Origin: a virus
Strand: one strand, 5' to 3'
DNA length: 64,000 bases
IMG/VR virus record: IMGVR_UViG_3300024313_000004
Location: 70,596-134,595 of that record
Position numbers and translations under genes: made by a program. The notes under the pieces are model-generated. The model was not told where the DNA came from. It saw only the letters and a list, made by a program, of their open reading frames with translations, and did no database searches. Of this stretch, positions 20,932-30,963 are shown one piece after another. Each line of letters opens with the position of its first letter. Positions within the stretch are counted from its first letter, which is position 1.

Positions 20932-21008
20932 ATTGTATATATAAATTGAAAAAAGTGTATTTTTTCCACTTTTACTACTTTATATATACAAAAAATAAAT
21001 GTATATAT

Positions 21009-23153
21009 ATGGCAGTGAAGTCAAATGATGAAAGACAAATGGTATTTACTACTAAATTTGTTGATGAGGCCACTGATAAGATAAATGATGGTGTTGTTGT
21101 TAAGAGATATCAAAATCCTTGGATGAAGAGTGAGGTCGGTATCAGAAGAGCCGGTGTCTCTTTCAGGATGACACCTGAAGAACAACAAGAATACGTAAGA
21201 TGTGCGTTAGATATACATTACTTTACAGAAAAGTATTGTAAGACAAAAAGAGAAGATGGATCTGTTGGTTCTATTACTCTTAGGGACTATCAAAAAGAAA
21301 TATTAGATAATTTTGTAAATAATAGATTTAATATACTTATGGCATCAAGACAGGTTGGTAAAACCGTGTCTTCTGCAATTTTCATACTACATACAATATT
21401 ATTTAATAATGATAAAAACTGTATGATTGTTGCGAATAAGGGTGATACTGCTGTTGAGATTGTCGATAAGGTTAAATCGATATACACATTACTACCATTT
21501 TTTTTAAAACCTGGTGTTAAGACTTGGAACCAGAAATCACTAACATTCGAGAATGGTTGTAGAATAAAAACATCTGCTAGATCTAAGACTCCTGCGATCG
21601 GTTTTACGATTGATGTTCTTTACTTAGATGAGTTTGCACATATTCCATCGAATATTATTGAACCGTACTATACGGCGGCATTTCCGACCGTATCTGCAGT
21701 ACAGAATTCTAAAATTATAATAACTTCAACTCCAAATGGTATGAATTTATTTCATAGGTTACTTATTGATGCAGAGAGACCTGATGGTGATCCATTGAAG
21801 AATAACTATAAACCAATGAGAGTTTATTGGTATCAAGTACCTGGTAGGTTTGTTACTTATATAAGATTAAATCCACATAAACTTTATGAGTATGGTGTTA
21901 CTAAGGATGATATCTTTGATTTAGTGAATGGTGAATATGGTGAGAAAACAAAGGTTAAAATTGAGTTTAATATGGATCAACAGAAAGATGTTATTCATGT
22001 ATTTAATAATGATAAATGTACGGATGAACAGGTAAAGTCTATACATTTCATAGATAAAAATGGTTTTGAAACTTCTATATTAGCCATTGCAGAGTTGACT
22101 ACTTGGCAGGATGAGGCGATAAAGGATATCGGTGGTGAAGATGCGTTCAATCAAGAGTATGGTTTGAGATTCATAAATGGTAGTAAGTCACTTTTGAATG
22201 AGGCAATAATTGATGAGTTATTAAAATCTAAACGAAATTATAAATATGAGGAGATATCAGAATTTAAAAATAAATTGAAATTTATATATGAGGACCTAAA
22301 ATGGATTGACGATGATGGAATATTCGTACCATTAAGACGAAAAGATTATAAATTTGTGTTATCGGTTGATATATCAGAGGGACTTGGTCAAGATTACTCT
22401 ATAATAAATATTTTTAAGGTTTCTGAGAAACCAATTGATGTAATAGAACAACAAAAACATAAATATAAATCTATAACTGACTTTTTTAGATTAGAACAAG
22501 TTGGTATGTTTAGAAATAACTTTGTTTCGGTTAAACAACTTTCTGAAATTCTTTATTTATTAGTATTTGAATATTTAAATCCTGAGAATGTTAGAGTTGT
22601 TTTGGAGTTAAATAATTATGGTAATACTTTACTTGCAGAAATGCCACATGTTTTTGATGGTAATAATAACTACGGTTCATCTGTTTTTGTTAGATATAAA
22701 CATAGAATAGATTCTACCGAAGAAAAGGTTGGTCTTAAAGTTGGTGAAAATAAGAATATGATGGTTAAGGATTATCAAGATCTTATGTATAGTAAAGGTT
22801 TTCATATAACAAATGAAGATAACATACGTGAGATTACGACATTCGTTAAACATACTACAAGTGCTGGTAATACAAGATATGCTGCCGATGTTGGTCATGA
22901 TGATACTGTTATGACGATAGTTAATGCCACTTCTATATTTAATAAACCAGAGTTTAAAGAGTTAGTAGAAGAATGGGGTAATAAGTATAGTCCAAAGGAA
23001 TTTATGAACTATGTAAATGAATGTATGAGAAATATGGATTATGTACAGGGTCTCGATTATGGTCAAGTACTTAAAGTAAGAAGACAGGTTAAATCAAGAG
23101 TACAAAATACTGGTGGTAATGTTAGTGGTATAAACTGGTTTAATAAAAGTTAA
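21009..23153 (+). CDS. terL: Terminase large subunit (T4 gp17-like)
   Basis: Walker A MASRQVGKT, Walker B YLDEFAH, ITSTPNG, nuclease VDISEGLGQDYS and HDDTVM; start ATG 21009 after TTATATATA at 20980. Confidence 0.95.
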   Translation: MAVKSNDERQMVFTTKFVDEATDKINDGVVVKRYQNPWMKSEVGIRRAGVSFRMTPEEQQEYVRCALDIHYFTEKYCKTKREDGSVGSITLRDYQKEILDNFVNNRFNILMASRQVGKTVSSAIFILHTILFNNDKNCMIVANKGDTAVEIVDKVKSIYTLLPFFLKPGVKTWNQKSLTFENGCRIKTSARSKTPAIGFTIDVLYLDEFAHIPSNIIEPYYTAAFPTVSAVQNSKIIITSTPNGMNLFHRLLIDAERPDGDPLKNNYKPMRVYWYQVPGRFVTYIRLNPHKLYEYGVTKDDIFDLVNGEYGEKTKVKIEFNMDQQKDVIHVFNNDKCTDEQVKSIHFIDKNGFETSILAIAELTTWQDEAIKDIGGEDAFNQEYGLRFINGSKSLLNEAIIDELLKSKRNYKYEEISEFKNKLKFIYEDLKWIDDDGIFVPLRRKDYKFVLSVDISEGLGQDYSIINIFKVSEKPIDVIEQQKHKYKSITDFFRLEQVGMFRNNFVSVKQLSEILYLLVFEYLNPENVRVVLELNNYGNTLLAEMPHVFDGNNNYGSSVFVRYKHRIDSTEEKVGLKVGENKNMMVKDYQDLMYSKGFHITNEDNIREITTFVKHTTSAGNTRYAADVGHDDTVMTIVNATSIFNKPEFKELVEEWGNKYSPKEFMNYVNECMRNMDYVQGLDYGQVLKVRRQVKSRVQNTGGNVSGINWFNKS

Positions 23154-23176
23154 AGCCACTCAATGAGTGGCCTTTT
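23152..23176. terminator. Bidirectional intrinsic terminator
   Basis: AAA-GCCACTC-AAT-GAGTGGC-CTTTT. Confidence 0.75.
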
Positions 23177-23178
23177 AA

Positions 23179-23457
23179 TTAGTTTGCTTCCATAGTTACT
23201 GAAAGTCCAGATACTGATAACTTTTCTTTCATTGTTGAGATTGTTTCGTAATCACCATATTTCACGTCACATTTGCCCTTAAAATGTACTATGTGTGCAC
23301 ATTGGTTTGCCTGTTCTTCTTGATGCTTACATACTTTCATAAGACATGTGATTACCCAATCGAAAGAATTGTGATCATCATTGTGAAGTTCTAATCTATA
23401 AGGTTTTGATAAAATCTCCTCAACCTTAGACTCTACTTGTTCTTTAGTTTTACTCAT
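23179..23457 (-). CDS. clpS: ATP-dependent Clp protease adaptor ClpS
   Basis: LHNDDHNSFDWVI, QANQCAHIVHFKGKC, GLSVTME. Confidence 0.9.
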   Translation of the reverse strand: MSKTKEQVESKVEEILSKPYRLELHNDDHNSFDWVITCLMKVCKHQEEQANQCAHIVHFKGKCDVKYGDYETISTMKEKLSVSGLSVTMEAN

Positions 23458-23493
23458 ATTGTATTTATCTCTTTTTTTATTATATATTATATA

Positions 23494-24021
23494 CTAGATC
23501 CCTGATATAGTTGTTGTGGTTTTATTGACAACATCTATAATTTCACTTTTAATATCAAGTTCTTTTGCCCATTCTACAAACTTTGGTAAGTGTGCTTCAC
23601 GATCATCATAGAACTTTAATTCTTCCACACCCATTTTTGTAATCATTCTTTCAAGTAGGTTACATTTGAATATAAATGTATCACTTCCCCAGTTTAAGTG
23701 TACTTCGTCGAACTCTATATTATTATCCCTTAGAATCTTTTCTACATTAGTTCTCATACCAGGAACTTTATCTAATCTTCCGGTTGCCATAATAACATAT
23801 GCGTCTGGATCCGCAACTGCTTCTAAATATCTTTGGTATGTCCATTCATTCTTTGGGATATCAAAGATATCATCATCAATAGATTCTGGTTTACCCCACC
23901 ATCCTCTATGTGGCCACTCTGTTCCTGTTTTTTCTTTCCAGACTATTTTACCTTCTTCAGGAAGAGGTGTGTGGAAAAGTGTATCATCAAAATCGAAACA
24001 GATAAGTCTTTTATATTGCAT
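23494..24021 (-). CDS. HAD-family phosphatase (Swiss-Army-Knife RNA-repair-like HAD)
   Basis: CFDFDDTLF, MATGR, FYDDREAH. Confidence 0.8.
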   Translation of the reverse strand: MQYKRLICFDFDDTLFHTPLPEEGKIVWKEKTGTEWPHRGWWGKPESIDDDIFDIPKNEWTYQRYLEAVADPDAYVIMATGRLDKVPGMRTNVEKILRDNNIEFDEVHLNWGSDTFIFKCNLLERMITKMGVEELKFYDDREAHLPKFVEWAKELDIKSEIIDVVNKTTTTISGI

Positions 24022-24041
24022 AAGTCTTTTATTTATTTATA

Positions 24042-24049
24042 CAAATATA
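24042..24049 (-). promoter_or_regulatory. Bacteroidota-type -7 promoter element TAnnTTTG
   Basis: TATATTTG on minus strand, 20 nt before HAD ATG. Confidence 0.5.
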
Positions 24050-24090
24050 TATAAAATATTTTGATATATAAAATAAATTATAAAAAATTT

Positions 24091-24873
24091 ATGAAAATTT
24101 CAACACAGAGAAATATACTAGTAATAGTATTGATAATCCTACTGTTTTTATTTATTCGTTCTTGTAGTGGTTCGAGTAGTCAATTAAATACACTTAATCA
24201 GAATATATTCACATTAAATGATTCTATTAGAACATATCGTGATGATAATGGTAAACTTGTTTATGAGAAAGGTGTGCTTATATCAGAAAATGGTAATTTG
24301 AATAGTCTTAATAGTAATTTATCAAAAGAGGTTAAATATTTAAAGGATAATCCAATTGTGATTATAAGACCCGTTATTAGTATAACTCATGATACTACTT
24401 ATATTGAAATAAAATCTACAAGTCCTGGTAAATGGGATGGTAATACTTTTACAAAAAACTTCGAATGGGATTTAAGTAATAAATATTCATCAAAAAACTA
24501 TAGATTACTTGAGGGTAATTTTGATGTAAATATTGATAGTTCCTTTAACATATCAACATCTAAAATGTCTATTACTAAAGATGAATTTAACATTGAATTA
24601 TCTACTGGCTTAACTGAAAATAAAGATGGTATATTGGAGATTTTTGTTAAAAGTGATTATCCAGGATTTAAACCATCTAAATTAGATGGTGCTTTAATTG
24701 ATCCAAAAGACTCCGACGTTTTGAAAAAATACTTTCCGCCTAAAAAATGGGCAATTGGTGTTTACGGTGGTTATGGTGTTGGTTTAAATCCTGTCACTTT
24801 ACTTCCAGTCACGGGTGTACAAATAGGTATAGGTTTACAGTATAATATATTACAATGGAATTTTAAAAAGTGA
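24091..24873 (+). CDS. Membrane-anchored protein with C-terminal amphipathic beta-hairpin; spanin candidate
   Basis: N-term ILVIVLIILLFLFIRSC; C-term KKWAIGVYGGYGVG...QIGIGLQYNILQW. Confidence 0.45.
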   Translation: MKISTQRNILVIVLIILLFLFIRSCSGSSSQLNTLNQNIFTLNDSIRTYRDDNGKLVYEKGVLISENGNLNSLNSNLSKEVKYLKDNPIVIIRPVISITHDTTYIEIKSTSPGKWDGNTFTKNFEWDLSNKYSSKNYRLLEGNFDVNIDSSFNISTSKMSITKDEFNIELSTGLTENKDGILEIFVKSDYPGFKPSKLDGALIDPKDSDVLKKYFPPKKWAIGVYGGYGVGLNPVTLLPVTGVQIGIGLQYNILQWNFKK

Positions 24874-24928
24874 AAAAAATCATATTTTTTACTTAATATA
24901 TAACTATATAAAAAATTAAACAAAAAGA

Positions 24929-25501
24929 ATGAAACATATCAGACAATTTGAAAGTTTTAGAGTTCAAAAGAATAGAGAAGAGATAATTAAAGAATCTGTT
25001 CTACAAGTGAACGATTTATATAAGGTTAAAACAATGATTGATATTCCACAATCATTAATAAATTCTTATGTTAAGAAAGTAAAAGAAACGACAGGTAAAA
25101 ATCTTCGTCAATTTTTCGGTGATGTTGATATTGCAGAAGAGATTGTTAAATATATCACATTGAATAATACTGATATTGATAAAATACCGGGTAATGCTCT
25201 AATGGGTGGTGCACAAGGTCAATCACAGGCTCAAGGTCAGGGTCAAGTTCAGATACAAACTGAAGTTCAACCACAGGCACAGACTCAAGGTCAAGAAGAA
25301 GTTCAACCACAAGGTCAAGAAGAAGTTCAACCACAAGGTCAAGAAGAAGTTCAACCACAAGGTCAAGAAGAAGTTCAACCACAAGGTCAAGAAGAAGTTC
25401 AACCACAAGGTCAAGAAGAAGTTCAACCACAAGGTGATTTCGAAGAGCCACAGGCACAGACTCAAGGTCAAGAAGAAGATGAAGAAGAGCTTCCACTTTA
25501 A
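24929..25501 (+). CDS. Putative prohead core/internal protein with Q/E-rich repeats
   Basis: MKHIRQFESF; (QGQEEVQP)x6; late motif at 24894. Confidence 0.6.
   Translation: MKHIRQFESFRVQKNREEIIKESVLQVNDLYKVKTMIDIPQSLINSYVKKVKETTGKNLRQFFGDVDIAEEIVKYITLNNTDIDKIPGNALMGGAQGQSQAQGQGQVQIQTEVQPQAQTQGQEEVQPQGQEEVQPQGQEEVQPQGQEEVQPQGQEEVQPQGQEEVQPQGDFEEPQAQTQGQEEDEEELPL
25286..25429 (+). repeat. Coding tandem repeat, 24 nt x6
   Basis: CAAGGTCAAGAAGAAGTTCAACCA x6. Confidence 0.95.
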
Positions 25502-25512
25502 TCTAAAAAAAT

Positions 25513-25545
25513 AAAAAAAACTCATCAGAAATGATGAGTTTTTTT
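25513..25545. terminator. Intrinsic terminator
   Basis: A8-CTCATCA-GAAA-TGATGAG-T7. Confidence 0.85.
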
Positions 25546-25557
25546 AATATATAAACC

Positions 25558-25713
25558 ATGAAAAATTTAAAACTATTTGAAAACTTTATTAGTGATAAGT
25601 TAATAGAGGATAAAATAAAGGATACTTGGAAAGTAGACCCTTATGAGTTTAAAGATTATATCTTATCCTCTATGGATCATGGTGGTTTATATGGTGGTTA
25701 TGAAGATATTTGA
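25558..25713 (+). CDS. Small protein (51 aa) with capsid-targeting-like N-terminus
   Basis: Read by hand: MKNLKLFENFISDKLIEDK...GGYEDI*; TAATATATA just upstream. Confidence 0.6.
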   Translation: MKNLKLFENFISDKLIEDKIKDTWKVDPYEFKDYILSSMDHGGLYGGYEDI

Positions 25714-25746
25714 AAAATATCAAATTATGTAAATAATATATAGTAA

Positions 25747-26397
25747 ATGAGATACCTAAAAACCTTCGAAAGCCATACAAATAAAGATATTCTTATTGTT
25801 GTTGATGTACAAAAATCATTTAAAGAATTTTTCACGGATAATTATGTTAAAGAGTTGAAAAAATATTGTAACCGGTTTAATAGGGTATACCAAATATGGG
25901 ATAATCATGTAGATGGTAAAAATGTTGATAAAGATTATTTATACGATGAGGATCCAGAAGTTCCTGATCATGATGATTTATATGATTTTCCAAATCAAAT
26001 CGATTTAATCGAGAAAAGATATAACTATGATGTTGATGCAGATTTTTATAAAAAGGTATTATCCGAAGATACATATAAAGAGGTTAAATCTAAGGAAGAT
26101 TCAGATGATATTAAAATAGGTGATGTTTTTCCTACAAAGGAGGGTACTCTTATTGTCTATGTCGGTAACAATCATGTTTGGTATCACATACCAAAGAAAT
26201 TACATGAATTATTTACAGAGGTTGTTGATGCACAAAATTTAAACGAAGGATTAAATGAAGTTAATGATGTTATTCTTGTTGGTGGTGCAGATGGTGAGTG
26301 TTTGGAGGATATTGAAATTGCGGCTAAATCGATGGGAGTTCATTTAAAGATGAATAAAGACTATATTTATAGTGCAAAACATTGTCCTATAAAATAA
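25747..26397 (+). CDS. Isochorismatase-like (cysteine hydrolase) protein
   Basis: ILIVVDVQKSF and VILVGGADGECL; N-term MRYLKTFES. Confidence 0.6.
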   Translation: MRYLKTFESHTNKDILIVVDVQKSFKEFFTDNYVKELKKYCNRFNRVYQIWDNHVDGKNVDKDYLYDEDPEVPDHDDLYDFPNQIDLIEKRYNYDVDADFYKKVLSEDTYKEVKSKEDSDDIKIGDVFPTKEGTLIVYVGNNHVWYHIPKKLHELFTEVVDAQNLNEGLNEVNDVILVGGADGECLEDIEIAAKSMGVHLKMNKDYIYSAKHCPIK

Positions 26398-26407
26398 ACT
26401 ATTTACT

Positions 26408-26614
26408 ATGCCAACTAAATCAAAACAACAATTTAAATATATTTGGGCTATGCGCAATAAGTATGGTTCTAAAAAGAAAGCACCTAAAAATATGAAATGG
26501 GTTTTTGATAAAGAATGGACCGATGTTAGTTTCAAAGATTTGCCAAAAAAGATAAAAGAAAAAAATATACATAGTTATGTTGATTTTCTAAATGAGATAT
26601 ATTTTTACAAATAA
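26408..26614 (+). CDS. Small basic protein (MPxKSKxQ type, DUF3008-like)
   Basis: MPTKSKQQFKYIWAM; C-term HSYVDFLNE. Confidence 0.5.
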   Translation: MPTKSKQQFKYIWAMRNKYGSKKKAPKNMKWVFDKEWTDVSFKDLPKKIKEKNIHSYVDFLNEIYFYK

Positions 26615-26623
26615 TATGGTTAA

Positions 26624-27001
26624 TTAAGAAACTACATAATAAACATCCAAATCCCTTATTTGAAAAAATACCTCCATATACTCTTGGTGTCTTTCCGGAT
26701 CTTCGAAGAATGAGACCTTCAATATATATGGCACGGAATCTAATTCTTTTATATATGTTGATATTTGACTTCGTAAATCATCCTCTATTGACTTCTCGGA
26801 TAACCTTGTTTGGTGTAAGTAATATGGTAAATCGCCTCCAAATTCTGGGTCAAAGAAAAGTTCACCTTTATTTGTGAATAATATCATTTCCCATTTTTGA
26901 ACAATTACCCTTATAGTATCATCCTCTATTAGTCGTTTATCGACAAATCTTGGGTGTTCGGGATATCCAAGATAAAAATCTATAAAGTTATAGTTTGCCA
27001 T
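26624..27001 (-). CDS. Baseplate wedge subunit (T4 gp25-like)
   Basis: ILFTNKGELFFDPEFGGDLPYYL. Confidence 0.8.
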   Translation of the reverse strand: MANYNFIDFYLGYPEHPRFVDKRLIEDDTIRVIVQKWEMILFTNKGELFFDPEFGGDLPYYLHQTRLSEKSIEDDLRSQISTYIKELDSVPYILKVSFFEDPERHQEYMEVFFQIRDLDVYYVVS

Positions 27002-27104
27002 AATTTATATATTAAAAAATGAAATCTCTTATGGAAGAAACTAACCAAAGTATCACTCCAACTTTTGATTATATTTTTTAATATAAAATTATATAAAATG
27101 AATA

Positions 27105-28067
27105 TCAACCATGAATTATCTCTCTTATTTTTCCTATAAACGATATTCCGACTATGATGGGATCTATGGAAGATTCCATCATCAATGTATATTCACAAAC
27201 AGTGTTTGCTACTTTAAATAATAAATTAACATCCTTTCCATTCTCAATCGACCAATCGATGAATGGTTTACCCAATAGTTTAATCATTGAGTCTATTTTC
27301 TCCTGACCAAAGTTTGACATTAAAAAGTGGTAAACACTTTCATAGTTTCCACTTTCATATAGAAAGTTATAAAGATCATTTTTGACCTTACTGGATACGT
27401 TACTAACACCATTATTTATCTCACCAGTTTCGATGAAATCTTGAACTTCAACAAGTATATTACGAAAGTCTGGAAACTTCTTATTGATAATATATCCTAA
27501 GTTCTCTTTAGAAATCTCTTTCCCTTCTTTAGGTAGAATCACATTTTGAATTCTTTTATATAATTCGGTTTTTAGATACCTTTCTTCATTCGCACCTATG
27601 CAATCAAATCCAATAGTTTTAATTCTAGATTTTAGTCCTTCTGTTATTTTATTTATATGATTTGTAGTTATTATAAATCTAACATTATTGTTATACTTTT
27701 CTATAAATGCTTTGAATGCATCTTGGAATTGTGCAGAAACTCTTTCGAACTCATCCAGGAATACATATTTAATATCTGAATTAGACTCAAACATTGGTGT
27801 GAATTTACAAAAATTTTGTATTTCCTCTCTAAGGACATCTATAGATGTATCCAAAGAACAATTTAGTTCTAAGAATGGTGTCTCTTTACTATACTTACCA
27901 ATAAGTATTCTCGCTAAACTTGTTTTACCTGTTCCATAGTTTCCATAAAATATATAATGTTGATTTATACCATTTTCAAATTGTTTACGTATTCTTGGAA
28001 GAAGAATTATATCTTCTATTTTTTTGGGTCTCCATCTTTCCCAAAGTATTAGACTTTTTACTGACAT
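27105..28067 (-). CDS. Sliding-clamp loader AAA+ subunit (T4 gp44/RFC-like)
   Basis: WERWRPKKIEDI, GNYGTGKTS, FLDEFE, RFIITTN, KSR. Confidence 0.9.
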   Translation of the reverse strand: MSVKSLILWERWRPKKIEDIILLPRIRKQFENGINQHYIFYGNYGTGKTSLARILIGKYSKETPFLELNCSLDTSIDVLREEIQNFCKFTPMFESNSDIKYVFLDEFERVSAQFQDAFKAFIEKYNNNVRFIITTNHINKITEGLKSRIKTIGFDCIGANEERYLKTELYKRIQNVILPKEGKEISKENLGYIINKKFPDFRNILVEVQDFIETGEINNGVSNVSSKVKNDLYNFLYESGNYESVYHFLMSNFGQEKIDSMIKLLGKPFIDWSIENGKDVNLLFKVANTVCEYTLMMESSIDPIIVGISFIGKIREIIHG

Positions 28068-28133
28068 ATTTAAAATTTATTTATCACATGATATATAGTT
28101 ATGCAGAAGGAAAGTTTATTTAATATATAATGA

Positions 28134-29114
28134 ATGATTGGAGATAGTTTTAATTTTGAAGATGTATTCTTTAGAGACTTAACAGTTTGTGTCTTAGATA
28201 CGCTAGAGGGTCAGATAAAATGGACAAATAGATTTACATCTGGTGATGTTTTTGTACAAGTTCCTATATACTACTCACTTACTGGTGATGAGAGATTCTT
28301 ATTAGACTCATTTTCGGATGATATAGTATCTGAAAATAGGTTTGTCGAATTAAATACCGATATGATACCAAGAGGTCATTTAACAATGACTGGTTTTAAT
28401 ATAAAATCTGATGAATTTGCCAATCCAAACGTTTGGTTGAGGATGGTTATTGAGAATGAGGTGGAGATTAGAAAAGTCTTAGGTAAAGTTAGGGCAATTC
28501 CAATAACTGTAAATTATGATTTAGAAATAACATTATCAAGCGAGGTCGATACTTTTAAATGTAGTCAGGCTATATTAGATACACTTTGGATTTATAAATT
28601 CATGTATTTTGAACACAATTTCATGAATATTGATGCAGTAATTGTTATGCCAGATTCAAATACCATTGAAATGAGTAGAGAAAAAAATCTAACAAGTGAT
28701 AATAATATAAAGTTGAAGGTATCATTTACGGTGGAAACATACTACCCTGCATTTAGAAGAGACCGGGTTACAGATACTGGTTATCCAAGAGAATTTGGAT
28801 CTGGTATGAAAGATGCCAATGGATTTGAAATTACTGGTGGTTATTCTGATTACTTTGAACAACCTTGGATAAATGGACCCTTTGATCCAAATAATCCTTT
28901 ACCAGGATACGGTCAAACCGGTAGTTTCTATAATACAAATGGTGTAAATCCAAATGATATATATGGAACATTTGGAGAAGACGGTTATGCAATTGTACCA
29001 AAACGTAGTAGATGGTTCAATAATATATTAAAATCTAGAGAACGTGCTGGTGGTAGTTCAATCAATCCGGTTACAGGGCAACAAAATATAACTCCAAGAG
29101 ATACAAATAAATAA
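28134..29114 (+). CDS. Tail sheath stabiliser/terminator (T4 gp15-like)
   Basis: VPIYY..ERF, IPRGHL, IPITVNYDLEI..SQAIL, LKVSFTVETY. Confidence 0.7.
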   Translation: MIGDSFNFEDVFFRDLTVCVLDTLEGQIKWTNRFTSGDVFVQVPIYYSLTGDERFLLDSFSDDIVSENRFVELNTDMIPRGHLTMTGFNIKSDEFANPNVWLRMVIENEVEIRKVLGKVRAIPITVNYDLEITLSSEVDTFKCSQAILDTLWIYKFMYFEHNFMNIDAVIVMPDSNTIEMSREKNLTSDNNIKLKVSFTVETYYPAFRRDRVTDTGYPREFGSGMKDANGFEITGGYSDYFEQPWINGPFDPNNPLPGYGQTGSFYNTNGVNPNDIYGTFGEDGYAIVPKRSRWFNNILKSRERAGGSSINPVTGQQNITPRDTNK

Positions 29115-29184
29115 AAAAAAATAGAAAAAAACGGCTTTTTGTAGTTAATATATACTCTATAATATAAAAAAAATATCTAAAAAT

Positions 29185-30468
29185 ATGAAGAATCTTAAAC
29201 TTGAATTGTTTAACTTTAAAAAGAATCTTTCTCTTGAACAAGATGAGATCTCTACGATAGTTGAGGGACATATGAATGCTTGTAACACTGCATCAGAGAA
29301 AACAATTGTTAATTCGTTAAACGAAAGACTTAAACCTTATACTTATGATAAAAGTGTAAAGTCTCTTTTAGAAGGGTTGAACGACGATATGAAGAACTTC
29401 GAGTTACTTTATGAGTTGAAAAACCTTTACAATGTTCTTAACACTAAGAATAGTGGTGAGTTATATAGACAACCTATTAATGTACTTCTACAAACTATAA
29501 ACCTTGAAACTGATCAAGATAGAATGTCTAAAGTATTAAACGAACTTTCGGTTTATGATTGGGTACCTGAGATTAAACTATTCGTTCATAATTTAACAAA
29601 ATCTCCTGAACAAAAATCAAATTTATTAAGTGGTGGTAAAGGTGAGTCTATTTTCACAATAGTTGAATCTGTTGAAGAGGGTCACATTGCATTAGTTAAA
29701 GATTCTTGGTTCCTTTTAAGTGAGAGTGTTATCGAAAAGACATTAGTTGAAAATCATGTTAAAGATGAAGAAACATTGAGATCTTTAAGAATGTTAGAGA
29801 CTGCAATGAAATATGCATCTGTCACAGAGGATAGAGTTAATTTTAAAATTTCCGAGTACTTAACAATTGGTTTATCAGTTGGTAAAAAAGGTAAAGTATT
29901 TATCAATGATGATGAGATGAATGATGAGACAACTTTAGAAAGTTTATTCAATTCTCCTATTATTCCAATTGTAAATAAAAACTTTTACCCAATCTTATTA
30001 GAAGTTTCTAGTAATCTTGATAAATTTGTTGAGTTAGATGTGGTTAAAAGAGTTAATAACTTAATTAATCCACATTTAGAATGTTTTGCATTTAATTATA
30101 AAAATACAACTTTCTTATATAGATGTGATGAGAGATATGGTAATTCATTTTTTAAGTATGAATCTGCATTAGAATTAGTTAATGAAGTAAGGAATGAACT
30201 TAATTATGACTTAACTTACTTTTATGAAAATAAATTAGGTAAAGAACTTATTGTTAAAAGAAGATTGGAAGATAAAGAAAGAGAAATAACTCTTAAATTA
30301 GAAGACGTTAATTTTAACATTGATAAACTTAAAGGTTCTATTAAAATGGTAGGTGAATCTGAAGTATTGTCAACTGCACTTAATAATTTAGAAAAGAGGA
30401 AATCAGTTTTAGATTCTGAATTATATGCTATAAAAGAAACACAATATAATGAGAGAATTAAATTATAA
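29185..30468 (+). CDS. Helical late protein, unknown function (possible core/neck component)
   Basis: Late motif at 29146; C-terminal coiled coil; several [LV]NE sites. Confidence 0.55.
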   Translation: MKNLKLELFNFKKNLSLEQDEISTIVEGHMNACNTASEKTIVNSLNERLKPYTYDKSVKSLLEGLNDDMKNFELLYELKNLYNVLNTKNSGELYRQPINVLLQTINLETDQDRMSKVLNELSVYDWVPEIKLFVHNLTKSPEQKSNLLSGGKGESIFTIVESVEEGHIALVKDSWFLLSESVIEKTLVENHVKDEETLRSLRMLETAMKYASVTEDRVNFKISEYLTIGLSVGKKGKVFINDDEMNDETTLESLFNSPIIPIVNKNFYPILLEVSSNLDKFVELDVVKRVNNLINPHLECFAFNYKNTTFLYRCDERYGNSFFKYESALELVNEVRNELNYDLTYFYENKLGKELIVKRRLEDKEREITLKLEDVNFNIDKLKGSIKMVGESEVLSTALNNLEKRKSVLDSELYAIKETQYNERIKL

Positions 30469-30485
30469 TTCATATTGATATTTTT

Positions 30486-30511
30486 AAAAATCCCCTATTA
30501 GGGGATTTTTT
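30486..30511. terminator. Intrinsic terminator
   Basis: AAAAATCCCCT-ATT-AGGGGATTTTTT. Confidence 0.85.
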
Positions 30512-30585
30512 ATTTTATAAACTTTTTTGACTTTTTGTTATATAACATGAAAGTATAAAAAATCCATAAGGATTACAAAAAAATA

Positions 30586-30963
30586 ATGCTTAATTTAATG
30601 TATTTAAATAATAGAGAACTTTATATAGAATTAGTGGTTAGTAAGGCACAAGGTAGACTTACAAGACCTGCACAAAAAATGTTAGAACTACTTGCAAAAA
30701 AGACAATCAAAAAAATGAGATACTGGTCTAATGATGATAAAATGGATTGTTATCAAAGTGGACTACTTTATGTTTTTCAAAACTGGTATAATTTTAACGA
30801 GGAAAAATCAGTAAATGCTTTCGCATATTTTACGGAAATATTTAAGCGAGGGATTGCGAAGGGTTATAATGACTTATATAAAAAGAAGGGTGATAATGAC
30901 CACCAAATAAGGTTAATATCTATAGAAGGGTCTAATGATGGAATGGGTTTACACTCTTTATGA
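30586..30963 (+). CDS. Minimal late-transcription sigma factor (T4 gp55-like)
   Basis: YLNNRELY and WYNFNEEKSVNAFAYFTEI match the gp55 YVNNKEF / NFDPEKSxNPFAYFTQI pattern. Confidence 0.8.
   Translation: MLNLMYLNNRELYIELVVSKAQGRLTRPAQKMLELLAKKTIKKMRYWSNDDKMDCYQSGLLYVFQNWYNFNEEKSVNAFAYFTEIFKRGIAKGYNDLYKKKGDNDHQIRLISIEGSNDGMGLHSL

Noticed and set aside
20835-21008. Track N-terminal extension of terminase (similarly 38622, 33201, 24061, 55019, 59102)
   Set aside because: Extensions overlap promoters or opposite-strand genes; downstream ATGs with A-rich leaders fit better
21849-22103. Intein in terminase
   Set aside because: No Cys/Ser N-terminus, no HN C-terminus, and too short
25286-25429. 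CRISPR array from tandem repeats (also 35572, 39555, 52716)
   Set aside because: No unique spacers, periods are multiples of 3 inside ORFs, and no cas genes are present
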